Translations under genes and position numbers: made by a program
Notes under the pieces: model-generated
Seen by the model: the letters and a program-made list of their open reading frames with translations, nothing else
Told to the model about the DNA's origin: nothing
The model's database searches: none
Assembly (NCBI GenBank): GCA_042572295.1
Contig: JBHPFA010000001.1
Span: 9,583-73,582 of the forward strand
DNA: 64,000 bases
Direction: 5' to 3'
Origin: Nanobdellota archaeon
GTDB lineage: Archaea > Nanobdellota > Nanobdellia > Pacearchaeales > JAHJTO01
In this document: one piece after another, positions 55,281 through 63,999 of the stretch
How the letters are laid out: each line of letters starts with the position of its first letter
How positions within the stretch are numbered: position 1 is the first letter of the stretch

Positions 55281-55778
55281 CTATTGCTCATGTTTTACTA
55301 CATATTCTAAAGGTTTATGGTGAAACTTTACTGAAAAATTGTCATATTTAATAGAGATATCTGGATTTACAGATTTTGTCATACTTGAAGTTTTGAATTT
55401 AACATTTGGGTGCTTTTTCATGAAGTCCTCGAAATTGTCTTTAATAACAAATTCTACATGTTCTAATCCTTCAGTATAAAAACTACCTTCTTTTGGAGAA
55501 GGCAGCTCAACACAGCTTATTTTTCTATTTTTGAATATTATTGGTTCCTTGAGTTTATATGTGGAGATTGGCCTACCACCTATTTCATTTTCTGAGAGTA
55601 TGTCCCCCAGTTTAGATAATTCTTTTTTAAATATTTCATATCTTTCTTTGGTTTCAACCCTATAACAGATATGATCTAATTCAGAATCAGATACATCAAT
55701 TCCATCTTTTTCTAAAGCAATTAAAACTTTCTCTAAGAAACCTTCCAGATTACTTATTAAATCATGCAATTGGTCCAT
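55281..55778 (-). CDS. VOC/YecM-like metal-dependent enzyme fold protein (tentative)
   Basis: DHICYRVET...LEHVEFVI pattern. Confidence 0.3.
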   Translation of the reverse strand: MDQLHDLISNLEGFLEKVLIALEKDGIDVSDSELDHICYRVETKERYEIFKKELSKLGDILSENEIGGRPISTYKLKEPIIFKNRKISCVELPSPKEGSFYTEGLEHVEFVIKDNFEDFMKKHPNVKFKTSSMTKSVNPDISIKYDNFSVKFHHKPLEYVVKHEQ

Positions 55779-55812
55779 GTCAATATATTATTCCTTCAAA
55801 TTTAAATTTTTT

Positions 55813-56055
55813 TCACTTTTTCTTTAATTTCATTATAATATCAATTATAGCAAAAACTACTCCTGTTCCCATTAGGCTATAACTAAATAGTCTGTTGTCT
55901 CCAAAAAGAATTCCTGCTAGGATGAACCCAAAAGCAAGAGTTGTTAATGGTGTGAGTTTCTCTTTTTTCTTATTCTTGTTTAAGAAAAATACAACTAAGC
56001 CAATAACAAGTAAGACTACAAGAGCTATGATAATATAGATTTGAGATATATCCAT
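55813..56055 (-). CDS. small membrane protein (80 aa)
   Basis: Two TM helices. AAGGGTTTAAAT about 30 nt upstream. Confidence 0.4.
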   Translation of the reverse strand: MDISQIYIIIALVVLLVIGLVVFFLNKNKKKEKLTPLTTLAFGFILAGILFGDNRLFSYSLMGTGVVFAIIDIIMKLKKK

Positions 56056-56098
56056 TTTATTTGTTGCGCTTTAAAGGATTTAAACCCTTTATTAATTT

Positions 56099-56320
56099 TT
56101 AAGCTCCTAAGAACTTAAAAGCTTCAAAAACAAGGAACGCAGGCCATACGATAGATTTCAACAATCCTAAAACTCCCATACCGAAGCTTGTAGCAGTAGA
56201 TACGTAGTATATGACTGATCCAACAAAACCAAGTCCATAAACTGCTCCTCCACAACCACCTTTACATCCTTCCATATCAAAGTTACAGGCTACTTTTCCT
56301 CTTTTCTTTCTTTTTACCAT
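56099..56320 (-). CDS. small Cys-containing membrane protein (73 aa)
   Basis: CNFDMEGCKGGCGG followed by two TM helices. Confidence 0.4.
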   Translation of the reverse strand: MVKRKKRGKVACNFDMEGCKGGCGGAVYGLGFVGSVIYYVSTATSFGMGVLGLLKSIVWPAFLVFEAFKFLGA

Positions 56321-56406
56321 GTTTAATGTATGTTTTTGGATGTTTTAAATGTTTTTGAATAATGTGTTTCCCCCACATTTATATATCTCATTTACAATGT
56401 CTTATC

Positions 56407-56574
56407 ATGAAAAAGAAATCAAATAAAAAAGAGTCAGAAACGAGTGGATTGTTGATTCCAGGAGGATTACTTGTTGGAATCGGCCTTGGACTTATTACAG
56501 GCCAAGTTGCTGCATATACCTTAATAGGTTTAGGCGCAGGTTTTATCGCAATGTGGTTCTTTAGAAAGAAGTAA
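56407..56574 (+). CDS. small membrane protein (55 aa from MKKKSNKK)
   Basis: Gly-rich TM pair. Confidence 0.35.
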   Translation: MKKKSNKKESETSGLLIPGGLLVGIGLGLITGQVAAYTLIGLGAGFIAMWFFRKK

Positions 56575-56810
56575 GGCTACTACAATAATCTCTGTAAAGT
56601 CTCAATCTAGTTATTCTTTATGGAGGATATGGTAAAAGTAGTATATATCTAAAGAAAATGATTAATTCTTCCTGGACTGGGCCTTGTCCTCTCAACAAAT
56701 TGCAAGATTTGAATGTTTAGAAAATGTGCCTGGTTTGAGAGAGTAGTTTTTTTTCATTTTGTTTAGGCTTAATTTAAGAGATTTTAAATAGGCTGCTTTA
56801 TATTCTATCC

Positions 56811-58661
56811 GTGAATATTTGTAAAAAACTACCTTCAAAACAGGAAAATTCAAGGAATTTTGATGAAAAAGTGCATTTTGATAAAGGCCTGAAGGTCGTA
56901 GAATCAGTTTCTAAGGGAGATTTAGAAGTTTTACAGAAAGTCAAAGATAGACGATTTGAAGCCAGAAAGATATTTGATCTTAAGTTTCGGGCAGAGGAAA
57001 TAGCAAAAAGTTCTGAAATAAAGGAGTTAATTTCTTATCCTTCTATAAAGAAGAGATTGGCTTATAATCTTCCACATCAACAAAAAGGTGCTTTAAGAAT
57101 ATTAAGAGACATGGATGGAAGGGCTTTATTGGCTGATGAAGTAGGTCTTGGAAAAACAATAACTGCTGGAATGGTTTTGAAAGAATGTATTGCTAGAGGG
57201 TTTGTTAAAAGGGCATTGATATTAACTCCTCCCTCTTTAGTTCTCCAATGGCAAGAAGAATTGAGAAGTAAATTTGAATTGGATTTTAAGAATATTGAAA
57301 ATGAAAAAGAATGGGAAAATACTGAGTTTGCTATTGCTTCTATTGATAAACTTAGAAATTTTAATGTAAAAACCAATACTTTTAAGCATTCAAGAGCTCA
57401 TGAAATTTATTGGGATATTATTATCATAGATGAAGCACATAAATTAAAGGATAAAAAGACATATAGGTGGAGATTTGTAGATAAATTACAGAAAAAAAGA
57501 TTTCTTTTGTTAACTGCTACACCCTTTCAGAATAATTTAGTTGAGTTATACAATCTTTTTGCTCTTCTTAAGAGGGGGCACCTTGGAACTTTTAGTGAGT
57601 TTAGAAGAAGATTTTTACACAAGGGAAATGAAAGACATCCCTTAAATCCAGATGAATTGAAACAAAAATTAGGAGAAGTAATGGTTAGGAGAATGAAGAA
57701 AGAAATAAGTGGGATTGTGGATATCAAAAGAATTCCAAAGATACAGTCAGTTGTGTTGACAAAGGAAGAAAAAGAAGTTTACAAATCAGTACTTAACCTC
57801 CTTGTTAATCATTATAAAGATTTTAATGAAAATCCTATAAATACTACTCTTGCAACTTATGCTATTCTGCCTAAAATAACTAGTTCAACTAGATCTGCTA
57901 CTGAATTTTTGGAGAATATCTTTAAGAATCCCAAGTATAGTGTGAAGACTAGGGATTTGGCAAGGTTTTTAATTAAAGAATTTAAAGATTTGAAAAAAGA
58001 TACAAAAATTAATGTTTTATTGGATGTTGTTTCTGAAATTGTTAAAAATTCTAAGAAAACTAAAATTTTATTGTATACTAAACATCCTGCTACTTTGAAA
58101 TCTATCTCTGAGGCATTAAAGAAAAGAAAATTTAGAATTGTTGAATTTCAGGGTGGATTAAGTCCTGTTGAGAAAAATACTAGAATAAAAGAATTTGAGA
58201 ATAAGGCACAGATAATGGTAAGTACAGATACTGGTGCAGAAGGTCTTAATCTTCAATTTTGTAATAATCTAATAAATTATGACTTACCTTGGAATCCTAT
58301 GGCAGTTGAGCAAAGAATTGGTAGATTAGATAGAATAGGACAAAAGAAAGATATCAAAGTTTATAATTTGGCTACAAAAGATACAATGGAAGAACATGTT
58401 GTTGATTTGATTATCAACAAAATGTGTTGTATAGGGATGGTTATGGGGGAATTACCAATTTTGCTATTCAACATGGGTCTTGATTCTAAAGGAGTTCTGG
58501 GTACTAGTAAATTTGAGGAGAAATTGATGTATGCTTTCTTGGATTCAAAGAATAATCTAGATAATTTTGAGAGTACTGTTAAGAAGATTGGAGATGGTAT
58601 TGCTCAAGGAATGAAGGAATATGGTGCTACAAAGAAATATAACTCGGAGTTTTTGAAATAA
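56811..58661 (+). CDS. SNF2-family (SWI2/SNF2) helicase/ATPase
   Basis: Q-motif LPHQQKGALR, motif I LADEVGLGKT, DEAH box IIIDEAHKLK, and helicase-C motifs (STDTGAEGLNLQ, QRIGRLDRIGQ). Start uncertain: TTG at 56811, with no in-frame ATG before motif I. Confidence 0.85.
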   Translation: MNICKKLPSKQENSRNFDEKVHFDKGLKVVESVSKGDLEVLQKVKDRRFEARKIFDLKFRAEEIAKSSEIKELISYPSIKKRLAYNLPHQQKGALRILRDMDGRALLADEVGLGKTITAGMVLKECIARGFVKRALILTPPSLVLQWQEELRSKFELDFKNIENEKEWENTEFAIASIDKLRNFNVKTNTFKHSRAHEIYWDIIIIDEAHKLKDKKTYRWRFVDKLQKKRFLLLTATPFQNNLVELYNLFALLKRGHLGTFSEFRRRFLHKGNERHPLNPDELKQKLGEVMVRRMKKEISGIVDIKRIPKIQSVVLTKEEKEVYKSVLNLLVNHYKDFNENPINTTLATYAILPKITSSTRSATEFLENIFKNPKYSVKTRDLARFLIKEFKDLKKDTKINVLLDVVSEIVKNSKKTKILLYTKHPATLKSISEALKKRKFRIVEFQGGLSPVEKNTRIKEFENKAQIMVSTDTGAEGLNLQFCNNLINYDLPWNPMAVEQRIGRLDRIGQKKDIKVYNLATKDTMEEHVVDLIINKMCCIGMVMGELPILLFNMGLDSKGVLGTSKFEEKLMYAFLDSKNNLDNFESTVKKIGDGIAQGMKEYGATKKYNSEFLK

Positions 58662-58662
58662 A

Positions 58663-59790
58663 ATGGTTAAAAAAGAAATTAGTAAGACAAAGCAGTTTAT
58701 TTTTGACTTTTTTGAAAGTTCTAAAATCAAGGAAGATAATGGAGTGTTGACTGTAAGTGGAGTTCCTGCTGATTTTGAAAAATTTGTTGGTAAAAAGGCT
58801 CCTTATAAGTTAGTTTTTGATTTTAAGAAACATAATAAGATTCCTAATTCAGAATTAATTACAGAGGGAAGTTATTTTTTGGCTACAATAAGGGATTATT
58901 TACTTGATAAAGGGCAAACAAGTTTATTGAATCTAGAAATACCTACTAAGAAATTAGATATAAATGATTATATAAAATTTGGAAATTGTGAATTAATGAG
59001 CATTAAAAAAGGTAAGGAGAACAGGTTCTTGTCTAGGTTTACATTTTTATCAAGTTGCCAGTACTTAAATGATAAAAAGCAATTTATGAGGGATATTTTG
59101 GTGAAGGATGGAAAGGTTTTAGATCTGGAGCTTGGAAAGTTAAAGGAAGGGCGAAAAGCAGATATTGGAGATGTAGACCTTGGTGGAGAATATGACATTG
59201 CAATGATAAGGCTTGCCAATATCTTAAAAGAAGAGACTAAAGAAATCAAATTATCTTTAAGAAAAAAATTAAGAAGAGAGCTTGAAAGGATTAAAGGTTA
59301 TTATTCTCATCAAATTAGAGAAAAAGATGAAGAAACCGAGAGGTGTAATGAAAAAATAAAGAATTTTAAGAGTAAACTTAGACATACTTTTTATGAAAGA
59401 GATGCAGATATCTTGAGAATGAATATAAGAGAGTATACAGAAAGGTTAGAAAAGTTAAGAAAAAGAGGATATGCTAAGAGGTTAAAGGCTGAAGAAGAGT
59501 TCCATATTACTGATGAGACAAATAAGCATGCTTTGTTAATAGATAATCACCTCATGAATGCAAGCATTATTTATTATCCATTAGATGTTTTTACTTTGGT
59601 TTGCCAAAGAAATGGAGTTAAAAAATCTATACAGATGACTTATGATCTTTTATTTGAGAAATTTGATTCCTTATCTTGTGAATCTTGTAAAAAAGCTGTT
59701 AAGAAGATTGATTTATGTAAGAAAGATCATTTAGTTTGTAAGAAATGTTTAAAAAGATGTTCTTGTTGTAGGAAAAAATCAAAATGTTAG
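58663..59790 (+). CDS. hypothetical protein with C-terminal Cys cluster (375 aa), SNF2 partner
   Basis: Starts 2 nt after the SNF2 stop. C-terminal CESCKK...CKKDHLVCKKCLKRCSCCRKKSKC. Confidence 0.5.
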   Translation: MVKKEISKTKQFIFDFFESSKIKEDNGVLTVSGVPADFEKFVGKKAPYKLVFDFKKHNKIPNSELITEGSYFLATIRDYLLDKGQTSLLNLEIPTKKLDINDYIKFGNCELMSIKKGKENRFLSRFTFLSSCQYLNDKKQFMRDILVKDGKVLDLELGKLKEGRKADIGDVDLGGEYDIAMIRLANILKEETKEIKLSLRKKLRRELERIKGYYSHQIREKDEETERCNEKIKNFKSKLRHTFYERDADILRMNIREYTERLEKLRKRGYAKRLKAEEEFHITDETNKHALLIDNHLMNASIIYYPLDVFTLVCQRNGVKKSIQMTYDLLFEKFDSLSCESCKKAVKKIDLCKKDHLVCKKCLKRCSCCRKKSKC

Positions 59791-60182
59791 AATTCAATTC
59801 AGATGGGTCTTTGACTTTGACCCCAAAACAAGCATTTGAAAAAGAAAAGGAAGAGAAAAGTATTGTGATAACTCGTGAACAACTAAGTGAGAAGCCTGCA
59901 AGGGCCCAAATAAGAATTGTATTTCCTGAAGATCTAAAGAATCCTGAAGAAGTCATAAGTTTTTACAATAAAATTGATGATTCTCAATTTAGCGAAGTAT
60001 TTCATAAAATTGAGAAAATTAACAATAAAACTTTTGTTGTTAAAGTAGAAAAAGGTTCTATGAGGATGTATAGTTTGTTGAACTTTATGATGATGTGCTT
60101 TAAAGGAAAGTTTGAACGAAAATTAGACTTTAGAGATAAACAAGAAGTGATTCTAAAGGGCCGTTGGGCTAATTTTGGTTAA
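59784..60182 (+). CDS. hypothetical protein (132 aa), third gene of the SNF2 operon
   Basis: Overlaps the upstream gene by 7 nt. Confidence 0.45.
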   Translation: MLEFNSDGSLTLTPKQAFEKEKEEKSIVITREQLSEKPARAQIRIVFPEDLKNPEEVISFYNKIDDSQFSEVFHKIEKINNKTFVVKVEKGSMRMYSLLNFMMMCFKGKFERKLDFRDKQEVILKGRWANFG

Positions 60183-60443
60183 TTAAACCTTTTTCTTATT
60201 CTTGTTCCGATAAATCTCTTTTATTTCCTTGTAATATGCTTCTTTCTCTTTTCTCTTTTTCTGCCCTTCTTCAGAATTTTTCTTTTTCTCAGCTTCTTGT
60301 TTACTTTGCTCTTTTTCCTGCCTTGCTCTTAAACTTTTATAATAAGACTGAGCATCTTCTTCAAAACTTTTGCAATCCTTATCATTTGCCGTTTCGATTT
60401 CTTCATAAATGACTTTCTTTTTCTTTCTGAAATTTATTTCCAT
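60183..60443 (-). CDS. Lys/Glu-rich hypothetical protein (86 aa)
   Basis: ORF with AAAGGTTTAAAAAAT BRE/TATA about 25 nt upstream. Confidence 0.4.
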   Translation of the reverse strand: MEINFRKKKKVIYEEIETANDKDCKSFEEDAQSYYKSLRARQEKEQSKQEAEKKKNSEEGQKKRKEKEAYYKEIKEIYRNKNKKKV

Positions 60444-60474
60444 ATAAAATAAAGAAATGTTTATTTTTTAAACC

Positions 60475-60490
60475 TTTTGAGAATGCGCCG
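60475..60490 (+). repeat. GC-rich motif ATGCGCCGTCCG, copy A
   Basis: GAGAATGCGCCGTCCGCACTG. Same core at 61343-61357 and 62442-62456. Confidence 0.6.
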
Positions 60491-60681
60491 TCCGCACTGT
60501 CACCCATTATGGTATATCGATGGTCTAAACTTTTTTACAGCTTGATTAGATAGTATTAAACAACCATCTTATTCTATCGATGATCTAATGCATTTAAAAG
60601 GATTGTCGAGATTGGAGTGATAGTTTTGGAAAACCCTAAGAATTAATCAAAATGAAAATTGGAATAATCGGTTGGATTATT

Positions 60682-61281
60682 TTAAGCCTTGCTTGGAACT
60701 AATAATCCTTTGTGCTTCACAAATCCAAAAGCAATCTTTGCTGCTTCTTGAGGAGTTACCACAATACCTTGATCTAACACATTCGGATCTTTAGATTTAT
60801 CTATCTTAGTATAATAGTCTGAGAATTTTGGATTGTATTTCATGATAGAACTATAAAATTCTTCCCATTCTCCCCCATAAGTCTCAGGAACACTAAACTT
60901 TCCATCTTTATATTGCATTTGAATAGATTTTTTAGATCTAATTGGACTTATAGAAATATTTTCCACATAAGATTTAGGATTAGAAAGAACTTCCTTAAAG
61001 ATATGTTCTTTTAAAGTTGTTCTTGCAGGTATTTCAGAATTTATATCAAACAAATATGCTTCTTCTTTTGCTTCTTCTGGATTAACCCCTAGCAGATTAT
61101 AATTTAACCCCCATACTCCAGACTTTGTTTTTACAGAAGTGGAAATCCTTTTTAAAGAACAAATTCTAAAGAAATTTCCCTGTGATTCCTCAGTAAGTAT
61201 TGATCCCAATTCATTAAATGCTGCACAAACAGGAGTAAATTCTTTTCTCAAAGACATTTCTAAAGGTGTTTGTTTTATCAT
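60682..61281 (-). CDS. hypothetical protein (199 aa from ATG 61281; track GTG start 61329)
   Basis: TTTATATA box about 24 nt upstream of the internal ATG (MIKQTPLEM...). Confidence 0.45.
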   Translation of the reverse strand: MIKQTPLEMSLRKEFTPVCAAFNELGSILTEESQGNFFRICSLKRISTSVKTKSGVWGLNYNLLGVNPEEAKEEAYLFDINSEIPARTTLKEHIFKEVLSNPKSYVENISISPIRSKKSIQMQYKDGKFSVPETYGGEWEEFYSSIMKYNPKFSDYYTKIDKSKDPNVLDQGIVVTPQEAAKIAFGFVKHKGLLVPSKA

Positions 61282-61342
61282 AATGTCCAAGAGGAGAGGA
61301 AGTATATAAATCTTTCTAATTATTGTCACTTAAAAGTAATAA

Positions 61343-61357
61343 TATGCGCCGTCCGGG
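61343..61357 (+). repeat. GC-rich motif ATGCGCCGTCCGGG, copy B
   Basis: TAATATGCGCCGTCCGGGAAG followed by ACCTTTGTGGTAT. Confidence 0.6.
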
Positions 61358-61497
61358 AAGTATACCTTTGTGGTATTTTGAAGAGTCACTTTTTTCTTAT
61401 TTATAGCTGAATCATCAGTGATTGAGGGAGTTTTTAAGGATTGTCGAGATTGAGGTGATAGAACTAAATTAACTACTGTTTGTTTATTTTGCTCATT

Positions 61498-62265
61498 TTA
61501 TTTACGATTCCCCAAAACATAGCTAATCGGTCCACAAAAGGTTCTTCTTATATCGGAAAATTGAGATACTTCTTTGAAATCTTTTTCTATTTCATAACCA
61601 CAAGAAACGTTGCTCACCATATATCTCCCACCACTTTTAAGGATTTTACCAGCTTCTTTAGATAAATGCTTAAAAAATACTCCATTGTAGTTTGGTAACC
61701 ACTCTTCTTTTATTCTTTTGCTATCTTTTTCAGATAAATGTTTAAAAATTAATTCATTGTATCTTGATAACTCTTCTTTTTTTATACCTTCGACAGAGTA
61801 ATCAGGCAACTCCAGTAGTAATCCATTTAATAAAGGACTATTCAAAAAACTTCTATCGATAAGAACTGCATCGTGCCTTCTTTCTGGACCTACAATATCT
61901 GAGATATCTTGCTTAACTACATCTGCAATTATGTGGTGGTAGGGCTCTTCATTAACTCCAAATTTTGAGGGAAAGTAATCTATCCCAGTAACTTTAGCAC
62001 CATTTAATGCCAAAATACGTGAAACCCATGGGGCCCACATATAAGGTTCTCTCTCTTCATCACAGTTTAATTTTTTTGTGATTTTTCCTTCATGACCACA
62101 TCCAATCTGTAAAATTTTTTTATCTCTAAGACTCCCGAGCTCTTCTGATAAGGTGCTTGCAATCCTTGAAGCATGACTTAGTTCATCTAATCTGAAATCT
62201 TTAGGTAGTCCTCTTGGATAATTCTTCATGACTTCTTTCTTACTTGGTTTGTAGATTTTTACCAT
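61498..62265 (-). CDS. methyltransferase-like protein (GxGxG motif), start probably the second Met
   Basis: KILQIGCGHEG (SAM motif-I-like). TATA (GATTTAAATAG) sits too close to the first ATG at 62286. Confidence 0.4.
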   Translation of the reverse strand: MVKIYKPSKKEVMKNYPRGLPKDFRLDELSHASRIASTLSEELGSLRDKKILQIGCGHEGKITKKLNCDEEREPYMWAPWVSRILALNGAKVTGIDYFPSKFGVNEEPYHHIIADVVKQDISDIVGPERRHDAVLIDRSFLNSPLLNGLLLELPDYSVEGIKKEELSRYNELIFKHLSEKDSKRIKEEWLPNYNGVFFKHLSKEAGKILKSGGRYMVSNVSCGYEIEKDFKEVSQFSDIRRTFCGPISYVLGNRK

Positions 62266-62441
62266 GTTATCTAATATCTTAAACACTATTTAAATCTTCC
62301 TTACTATTACTACTCTGAAGAGACATCATCTAAACAAACCAGTGTTAATTTACTAAGTAATCAAAGGAGTAAAAAACTAAGGAATTTTAAGGAGTAGTTT
62401 ATTTACCTAAAAGGTGACCCACCATTATACCACAAAGGCCT

Positions 62442-62456
62442 GATGCGCCGTCCGGG
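62442..62456 (+). repeat. GC-rich motif ATGCGCCGTCCGGG, copy C
   Basis: ATACCACAAAGGCCTGATGCGCCGTCCGGGCTT. Preceded by the inverted copy of the CCTTTGTGGTAT segment. Confidence 0.6.
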
Positions 62457-62558
62457 CTTATAAGGAGAATGTTATTTTACACATGCACAAGGGGTTAATT
62501 TAGACTTCTCAGTAAAACTTAAAAAATAAAAGAAAAAGAATAAAAGATAAGTTTTTTC

Positions 62559-62768
62559 TTAAGCAAACATATCTCTCCATACAGGAATTGCTACAAGAAT
62601 TCCTAATCCTAAATACCATCCCCAATGGATGCTAAATGCTAGTTTTGCGAATGTTGGCCAAACTGTTAATAAGAATAGTGTAAGGAAGAATACTGACATT
62701 TTAGTTAAAGAAATATCATACCAGCTCATTTTCTTTACACCCTTATTTACCCATTTAAATAAATTCAT
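62559..62768 (-). CDS. small membrane protein (69 aa)
   Basis: Two TM helices. Confidence 0.4.
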   Translation of the reverse strand: MNLFKWVNKGVKKMSWYDISLTKMSVFFLTLFLLTVWPTFAKLAFSIHWGWYLGLGILVAIPVWRDMFA

Positions 62769-62958
62769 TTTATTACCCCCTTTTAATATTTAATAAAGAG
62801 TTTTATAGAATTTAAACCTTCTTCTTAGTCGCATTCTTCTTAGTTCTCTTACTAAACCACTGCACTTTTTTGAGAGTTTTGAATATCAATTATATTTTCC
62901 TTTTATTTTTAACAAGGAGTAAGAAAGCTTTAAATAGGGTCAAAATTGTTTTTATTTA

Positions 62959-63999
62959 ATGGAAAGTGGATTTTTAATAAAAAAAGGTTTGGTTATACTA
63001 TTAATATTTATTTTTGCGATTACACTTGTACAAGCACAGGATTCTGATGCTGATGGTGTTGAAGATAGCATAGATTTATGTGGAAACACAGATTTAAGTG
63101 AATCTGTTCCAACAAAAAGAATACTTTTCAACAGGTTTGCATTGATTGATGGAGATTCTGAATTTGATACAAAAGAGATTAAAAATAAAAGATTGAAAAA
63201 GTTCGTTAAACTATTTTCTTCAAAAAAGGAATATACAACTGCTGACACTTGTGGATGTTCTTGTGAGCAAATCTTACTATCTTACGATGATCGAAAAAGA
63301 GGCCATTGGAAATTTGGATGTTCAAGTGGGCTTATAGATGATTTTGCTGAAACTTGTTCAGTAAAAATTGATAATGATCAAGATGGTTATTATATAGATA
63401 GTGATTGTAATGATGAAGACGCTACAATAAACCCTGGTGCTACAGAAGTTTGTGACGATGGGGTTGATAATAATTGTGATGGAGAGACTGATGAAGGTTG
63501 TGTAATATCCTGTGAGGGGGTATTAGCAACAGATCCAAATGTATGCCTTGAACGTGGAGTATGTACTAATGTAGATGTTTGTGATTGTATTGATGGATAT
63601 TTCGGCAGTAACTGTGAATTGGAAAAGGAGTGTAATGGTGTAAGCATGTTCTCTACAGATGTTTGTTCTGCTAAAGGAACTTGCGAACTTGATGGAACAT
63701 GTACTTGTAATGCAGATTATGATGATGTAAATTGTGAGACTTATACTGGACTTTCTTGTTATGGAAAGCTTCCTGCTGAGGCTTGTAACATAGGAGTATG
63801 CACAGATCAAGATAATTGTTTATGTCCAGAAGGATATATCGGTAATGAGTGTGAAGATCAAATATATTGTGCAGGAGTATGGCAATTAGATGAGAATGTT
63901 TGTTCTGGCCAAGGAACTTGTAATAATAATGGCTTATGTGAATGCTGGGGCCAATTTGAAGGGCTTGACTGTTCAGAACTACCTCAAGAGCCTATAATT
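62959..63999 (+). CDS. secreted protein with MopE-like metal-binding motif and EGF-like Cys repeats, 3' partial
   Basis: Not in the track because it has no stop before the window end. Translates MESGFLIKKGLVILLIFIFAITLVQA (signal), then DNDQDGYYIDSDCNDEDATINPGATEVCDDGVDNNCDGETDEGC. Repeated C-x-C-x..G-x-x-G-x-x-C modules follow (CTNVDVCDCIDGYFGSNCE and others). Confidence 0.6.
   Translation, partial: MESGFLIKKGLVILLIFIFAITLVQAQDSDADGVEDSIDLCGNTDLSESVPTKRILFNRFALIDGDSEFDTKEIKNKRLKKFVKLFSSKKEYTTADTCGCSCEQILLSYDDRKRGHWKFGCSSGLIDDFAETCSVKIDNDQDGYYIDSDCNDEDATINPGATEVCDDGVDNNCDGETDEGCVISCEGVLATDPNVCLERGVCTNVDVCDCIDGYFGSNCELEKECNGVSMFSTDVCSAKGTCELDGTCTCNADYDDVNCETYTGLSCYGKLPAEACNIGVCTDQDNCLCPEGYIGNECEDQIYCAGVWQLDENVCSGQGTCNNNGLCECWGQFEGLDCSELPQEPII

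Noticed and set aside
60475-62456. Idea that GCGCCGTCCGGG repeats are tRNA 3'-end fragments (att sites in a tRNA)
   Set aside because: Reverse complement CCCGGACGGCGCA could mimic a T-stem plus acceptor, but the preceding bases do not form a T-loop or T-stem in any copy. No partner acceptor strand is present.
62952-63810. Three minus-strand ORFs (98, 85 and 95 aa)
   Set aside because: They are antisense to the long plus-strand signal-peptide/MopE/EGF-like CDS starting at 62959, which has far stronger protein features.
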